This document shows positions 59,211 through 64,000 of a stretch of 64,000 nt of DNA, in pieces (the stretch's first letter is position 1; each line of letters starts with the position of its first letter). Source of the stretch: Ignavibacteria bacterium (GTDB lineage: Bacteria; Bacteroidota; Ignavibacteria; Kapaibacteriales; UBA961). Under the pieces are notes generated by a model. That model worked only from the letters and a program-made list of their open reading frames with translations, was not told the origin of the DNA and searched no databases. The stretch lies in assembly GCA_947491315.1 (NCBI GenBank), contig CANLII010000003.1:79443-143442 (forward strand), written 5' to 3'. The translations under genes and the position numbers were made by a program.

Positions 59211-60512
59211 ATGAATTTAGCAAAAAGATTAGGAATTGTCCTCGTTGTCCTCATTTTCTTTTTGGGAGCATGGCTGACCATTCATTTGCTGGAAAAACCT
59301 AAACCACTGAAAAGTGCAGTTATTACAGAGGCTGATTCCACTTTCAAAGAACTTGATACGATTGAAACAAAACAATATGAAGAGCAATTGTCAATCGCTG
59401 AATCAGAATTCTTGAATGATTCATCCTTCATCAAGCAAAATGCTTCCAATGAAGCAGGGTACTTGTATCAAAAGGATTCATTAAAAACTATTCCTTCATC
59501 TGCTAGGCGTATCAATATTGCGGTGATAGGAGTTGATGCTCGAATGGGCACTGTATCTAAAAGAGCGGATGCAAATCATATACTTTCCATTGTACCGGAT
59601 AGTGGATATATCGAAATTGTATCTATTCCTCGAGATACTCCTGCTGATGCGGGCATGAAGGACTCATCGCAGAATAAATTGACCATAGTCCATGCAACCA
59701 GAGGCATAAAAACATATTTGCGTGAAGCAGGAAGGATTGCCAAAGTCGGTCCGGTGAATTATTGGATTCAACTCGGATTTTCACAGGCAATGGGGTTGAT
59801 TGAATTATTTGGTCACCGAGACAGCAAGTCCACATTACAAGTGCTGAGATCAAGAACAGGACTTGGTGGAGATGATTATCAGCGCTGTTTCAATCAAGGT
59901 CAATATATCCGACAAATGATTTTAAGGCATTTCCACAAAGCAGATGGAATCATGGGCGATTTGCTCATTCGTGGCGGACTCACTCTCATGAAATCTAATC
60001 TCAGCACTGAAGGAATAAAAGGACTGGTCTATGATTTGAATAATGCCGGATTCCCGAAAGATGCCGCTTCAATTACCGTAAGGGTTAGACCAGAAACAGG
60101 AATTCGGTTCAAAGTGTATAATTTCAGTGATTCCGCATCAGTTAAGAAATTGAAGAACAAAATCGAACGATTCAATGCCTTCATGGCGAAAAAAGACACT
60201 TCGCATGCCAAAAAGAATATTGATCCTGCCGGTAGATTAACTCGCGTCCTCAATAATCTGGCGGCTGATACTGCTGAAAAACCCAAAAAAGTATTGGAAC
60301 AACTGTATCCATATTTTGAACAACATGCCTGGTTGCAAGTGCGCAATGAATCGGAAAGAGATTCCATTCGTAATCGCATCGGAGCATTGATGATGCACTC
60401 ATTTTATAAGATTGGAAAGCCTGATAATGCTCGCTGGGTGCAATATGTTATTGATACAGAGAAGGCAATGTTTGCGGAAGAACCTGAAAAAGAACAAAAG
60501 AGCAAAAGGTAA
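59211..60512 (+). CDS. LytR-CpsA-Psr (LCP) family protein with a long C-terminal extension
   Basis: N-terminal TM anchor. LCP core INIAVIGVDARMGTVSKRADANHILSIVPDSGYIEIVSIPRDT. Confidence 0.7.
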   Translation: MNLAKRLGIVLVVLIFFLGAWLTIHLLEKPKPLKSAVITEADSTFKELDTIETKQYEEQLSIAESEFLNDSSFIKQNASNEAGYLYQKDSLKTIPSSARRINIAVIGVDARMGTVSKRADANHILSIVPDSGYIEIVSIPRDTPADAGMKDSSQNKLTIVHATRGIKTYLREAGRIAKVGPVNYWIQLGFSQAMGLIELFGHRDSKSTLQVLRSRTGLGGDDYQRCFNQGQYIRQMILRHFHKADGIMGDLLIRGGLTLMKSNLSTEGIKGLVYDLNNAGFPKDAASITVRVRPETGIRFKVYNFSDSASVKKLKNKIERFNAFMAKKDTSHAKKNIDPAGRLTRVLNNLAADTAEKPKKVLEQLYPYFEQHAWLQVRNESERDSIRNRIGALMMHSFYKIGKPDNARWVQYVIDTEKAMFAEEPEKEQKSKR

Positions 60513-60515
60513 ATC

Positions 60516-60863
60516 ATGGTCGAAGAAGCGAAATCTCTCATTAATGTCATAGAATTACAAGGCGCTCATATACAAAGTGCTTTTAGAGAGTATCAAGACC
60601 AGCATTTCATAGCAAGAACTCCCGAATTCTTTTGTTTGGAACTCTGCGGCGAAGCAGGTGAATTGGCGAATTTGGAAAAAAAGCTTTGGAAGGGTAAAGA
60701 AATAGACTCTGATGCTGTCGAATCCGAAGTTGCTGATGTATTCATTGCTTTGCATAATTATGCAAATTCAAGAGGAATCTCAATTGCGAAGGCAGTGACT
60801 GAAAAATTGGCGAAAATTGAAGAAAAAAGGTCAAAACATCAGGCAGATGGAACGATATATTGA
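60516..60863 (+). CDS. MazG-like nucleotide pyrophosphohydrolase
   Basis: LELCGEAGELANLEKK and VESEVADVFIALHNYA (EExxE...D four-helix MazG signature). 115 aa. Confidence 0.75.
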   Translation: MVEEAKSLINVIELQGAHIQSAFREYQDQHFIARTPEFFCLELCGEAGELANLEKKLWKGKEIDSDAVESEVADVFIALHNYANSRGISIAKAVTEKLAKIEEKRSKHQADGTIY

Positions 60864-61077
60864 TGAATTGCAAGATTGTGACTTTCTTGTTTCTATCTTG
60901 TCTTTCTCTTCGATTCATCTGTCTTGAAAAAAAGAAGCTGAAAAAAGTAGGATAAATACTCCGTTAATTGTCTCAAGTATGACAAAAAGACGCAGCTTTT
61001 TCTCTATTTTTGACTTCAAAATCCAGAATCAAAAAAAGTAAATTTTATTTTCCCTATTTCATAATGAAGGTATTATC

Positions 61078-63225
61078 ATGAAACACATGATCCGTTTTGC
61101 GATGATGATCGCAATGATGACCTTATCCTTGATGCCCGCAAAGGCAGATTCACCCAGGATGGTGGTTATCGAAGAAGGTACGAATGCGAGCTGCGGTCCT
61201 TGCGCTAGTCAAAATCCAAGATTTCAGGCATATGTTGAAAACAACAAAGACATGGTCATTCCTATTAAGATTCAGGCATGGTTCCCTGGTAGAGATATCA
61301 TGAATGCCGCTGATTCCAGTATGCATAACAACAGAATCAGATATTATGGAATCCAGAATATCGGTGTTCCTTGTGCAACTGTGAATGGTTCCATCTTGGA
61401 AAAGTCCTCAGAAAATTATTATAATGGTGCACCAGCTGATTCAACAGCAATGCAACAAGTTGTTGAGCAAATTCGTGGAACAATGTCACCAATCACATTG
61501 ACAATTGAAGAAACACGCAATGGCAATACAATGAATGTGAAAGTCACGGTCGCTTCTTCACAAGCATTGTCTGGTGCAAATAAATTGCGCGTTGTGATCA
61601 ATGAGCGTTTCCGTTATTATGCAAATGCCGGTACAAATGGCGAAAAAGAATTCTTTGATATTATGAGAAAGATGTTGCCAAATCTCAATGGCGAAGATCT
61701 TGATATTCCTGCAGGCGGCTCAAAGTCATTTAATTACTCATTTAATATTCCAACAACAGGTCAATATGCATTGGATCCATCAATGCTTTATGTTGTTGCT
61801 TTCGTTCAAGATGAAGATTCAAAAGAAATTCTTCAAGGTGAATCGAATGCTAAAGAAGATGGCTTTGCAAATTTTACTATGGACAGTTTCCTTAATACAA
61901 TTCCACGAAGCGGAACAATCACACAAGTTGTGAATGTGAACAATCCTTCCGAAACTGACATGACTGTCAATCTTTCAATCGATAAAGATGCATATCCACT
62001 TCCCACAGGTTGGACAGCAACAGTGACACCTACTTCCGTAGATGTTCCTGCTGGTGGTTCAATTGCTGTGAATGTTGAAGTAAGTGCCCCTGCAAATGCT
62101 GCTTATGTGATTGTTGGTGTTAAAGGTGTTCCTGGTTATACAGACAGATTTAATTTGGCTTCCAATGCAGTCTTTGCTGTACTTTCAGAGAAACCAAAGA
62201 TTGTTACATTTTCAGGATTCTCAACCTTCGCAACACCGAATTATTATAATGCAATGTCAGCATCTTTGAAAGCTGATGCGGTTGTGTTCCCATATAATTC
62301 TCAATTATTAGAAGCATATTCAACTGAAATGGAAGAAGTTCAAGCAATGGTTTTCCCAATTGGTACAAATCCATTGAAACTTCCTGATGAATATAATTAT
62401 GCAAATCCTTTAAATACAATTGAAGTTGCTTTATCGCTCAATCGCAAAGTGATGATCATTGCTCCTCAAGCTATGCAATGGGCTTATGATGCTGTTAATA
62501 ATATTGCAGATGGTCAAATGCAAGAAGTGCAAGACTTTTACAATGCAATTGGTCTTTCCTATGACAGAACAAAAATCCGCTTCAGCGGTAATACTTTGAA
62601 CCCATTCAGTGTTCGTGGCGTAACTGGTGATGTTATCGGTAATAGATTGAATAATGGTGCATTGATCAATTGTAATCAACAAGGTTCAATTGCAAATCAA
62701 AGTTATTCATTGAATACAGATGCTTTCACAATTTCAAATCCTGCAGTTGCAAAGCCTGTATTGTACTATGACAATATCCAATCTGAACTTGCAACAGCAC
62801 GTATTGAATTGGATGGCAATCGCATGGTATATTCTTCATTTGGTATTGAATCAATCGGAACTGCAGCAGTTGGAAATGAATTCTTCAAGCGTTGCATTGA
62901 TTGGCTCATGACAGGTACAGCGGCATCAGCAGAAGATATTGCTGAAGGTTCAAATGCAGAACTTTCATTGGCAATCAATCCTAATCCAATGAGCGATATG
63001 GCAGTTGTCAATTATACAGTGAATGGTCAAACAGAGAAATTTGTAACAATCACAGTTGTTGATGCTATGGGCCGCGAAGTTGCTTCATTGTTCTCAGGAA
63101 TGACTCAACCAGGTGCACATGCACTTTCATTTAATGCAGCTCAATTGCCTGCAGGTGCATATCGCATGATTACTCGCACAATGGGCGGTTCAGGCGTTCA
63201 ATTGCCATTAATGATTAATCGCTAA
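61078..63225 (+). CDS. Omp28-related / thioredoxin-like CxxC N-terminal domain protein with a large extension and T9SS C-terminal sorting domain
   Basis: Signal peptide MKHMIRFAMMIAMMTLSLMPAKA. MVVIEEGTNASCGPCASQNP (CxxC). CTD LAINPNPMSDMAVVNYTV...GAYRMITRT...LPLMINR. Confidence 0.55.
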   Translation: MKHMIRFAMMIAMMTLSLMPAKADSPRMVVIEEGTNASCGPCASQNPRFQAYVENNKDMVIPIKIQAWFPGRDIMNAADSSMHNNRIRYYGIQNIGVPCATVNGSILEKSSENYYNGAPADSTAMQQVVEQIRGTMSPITLTIEETRNGNTMNVKVTVASSQALSGANKLRVVINERFRYYANAGTNGEKEFFDIMRKMLPNLNGEDLDIPAGGSKSFNYSFNIPTTGQYALDPSMLYVVAFVQDEDSKEILQGESNAKEDGFANFTMDSFLNTIPRSGTITQVVNVNNPSETDMTVNLSIDKDAYPLPTGWTATVTPTSVDVPAGGSIAVNVEVSAPANAAYVIVGVKGVPGYTDRFNLASNAVFAVLSEKPKIVTFSGFSTFATPNYYNAMSASLKADAVVFPYNSQLLEAYSTEMEEVQAMVFPIGTNPLKLPDEYNYANPLNTIEVALSLNRKVMIIAPQAMQWAYDAVNNIADGQMQEVQDFYNAIGLSYDRTKIRFSGNTLNPFSVRGVTGDVIGNRLNNGALINCNQQGSIANQSYSLNTDAFTISNPAVAKPVLYYDNIQSELATARIELDGNRMVYSSFGIESIGTAAVGNEFFKRCIDWLMTGTAASAEDIAEGSNAELSLAINPNPMSDMAVVNYTVNGQTEKFVTITVVDAMGREVASLFSGMTQPGAHALSFNAAQLPAGAYRMITRTMGGSGVQLPLMINR

Positions 63226-63245
63226 AATTGTTAGATATTTAGTTA

Positions 63246-63284
63246 GATGGGATGATCCATATTGGGTCATCCCATTTTTTTTTG
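63246..63284 (+). terminator. Rho-independent terminator
   Basis: gatgggatgatcc / gggtcatcccat stem followed by a 10-T run. Confidence 0.75.
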
Positions 63285-63331
63285 TAGTTTGTATTATATT
63301 ACAATAACAATTCTTTAATCGGAGATTTTTG

Positions 63332-64000
63332 ATGAAAAATTTATTACGACTTATCGTGGTATCCTCTTTTTTGTCGGTTGTGATGCTGCCGGCAGCGTTT
63401 GGACAAGGCCCTGTTAAGCGTGTTTTTGTTGAGCAATTCACTGGTGCATGGTGCGGTTGGTGCGTTGATGGCTCAGTTGTTATTGACAATCTTATGGCCG
63501 AATATCCCAACCAATTGATTGCGGTGAAAGTACATCAAGGCGATGGAATGGAGATTCCTAAGGTTATGGCAGATACTCTTCGCTCTTTCGTTGCAGGTTA
63601 TCCCAGTGGTGCGATAGATCGTAAATTATTTAGCGGTCAGCAAACAGTTGGCATTAGTAGAAGTCTTTGGTCTAATTTTGTACGCCAACAATTGGCTCTG
63701 GATGCTGAGGTCGGCGTTGAAATCACAAATGTCAATTATGATGCGGTAACACGCAAGATCACAGCTGATGTGACAGCGAATTTCGTAAAATCTGTCTCAG
63801 GTGATTTGAGAATCAACCTAATTGTGGTAGAAGATAATGTGACCGGCACAGGTGCGGCCTATGATCAGAAAAATTTCATAGCAAATAATCCAAGTTTTGC
63901 CGGACATCCATATTATGCAAAACCTGCTACCATTACAGGATATAAGCACCGGTCAGTTGTTCGTTCATATGCAGGCGGTGTATGGGGTGTAAGAGGAATT
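63332..64000 (+). CDS. Omp28-related outer membrane protein (CxxC), 3' end outside the window
   Basis: Not in the ORF track because it has no stop in the window. My own translation from ATG 63332 is open to base 64000: MKNLLRLIVVSSFLSVVMLPAAFGQGPVKRVFVEQFTGAWCGWCVDGSVVIDNL...LRINLIVVEDNVTG... It is homologous to the N-terminal part of the upstream gene. Confidence 0.6.
   Translation, partial: MKNLLRLIVVSSFLSVVMLPAAFGQGPVKRVFVEQFTGAWCGWCVDGSVVIDNLMAEYPNQLIAVKVHQGDGMEIPKVMADTLRSFVAGYPSGAIDRKLFSGQQTVGISRSLWSNFVRQQLALDAEVGVEITNVNYDAVTRKITADVTANFVKSVSGDLRINLIVVEDNVTGTGAAYDQKNFIANNPSFAGHPYYAKPATITGYKHRSVVRSYAGGVWGVRGI

Overview
AT-rich bacterial chromosomal segment with about 47 protein genes and 2 tRNAs. 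I saw no rRNA, CRISPR array, transposase or integrase. Several large secreted proteins end in type IX secretion (T9SS) C-terminal sorting domains (FPNPA / YPNPA / NPNPM-type tails). This places the organism in the Bacteroidota-Ignavibacteriota-Chlorobiota (FCB) group; I cannot name the species. Most of the window is housekeeping: GT9/GT4 glycosyltransferases, citrate synthase, membrane pyrophosphatase, rmuC, mraZ-rsmH, rpe, and a GT2 + flippase pair. A long co-directional block follows (selD, lepB, beta-CASP hydrolase, M24 peptidase, two parvulin chaperones, xth), then recO, bamD, mutS, pirin, CapA, LCP and MazG. The accessory content is almost all cell-surface genes. These are an SBBP-repeat T9SS protein followed by a double-OmpA protein, two tail-fibre-like secreted paralogues, two tandem Ig-repeat T9SS paralogues, and two Omp28-like CxxC proteins. 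I did not find a convincing self-contained new multi-gene system (defence, toxin-antitoxin or secretion). The observations most worth follow-up are: (1) mosaic tandem Ig-repeat genes that share a 1.17-kb near-identical 3' module with a sharp breakpoint; (2) the fibre-like pair with shared termini and unrelated repeat cores; (3) an 820-bp mraZ leader carrying two separate arrays of 10-bp-phased GTGGG (MraZ-box-like) repeats, in a dcw cluster reduced to mraZ-rsmH; (4) tandem TPR + LuxR-HTH regulator paralogues; (5) a frameshifted BamHI/BglII-like nuclease gene in a small AT-rich islet next to initiator tRNA-Met; (6) a composite sequence motif shared by the leaders of two T9SS cargo genes. All functional calls come from motif recognition by eye, with no database search.
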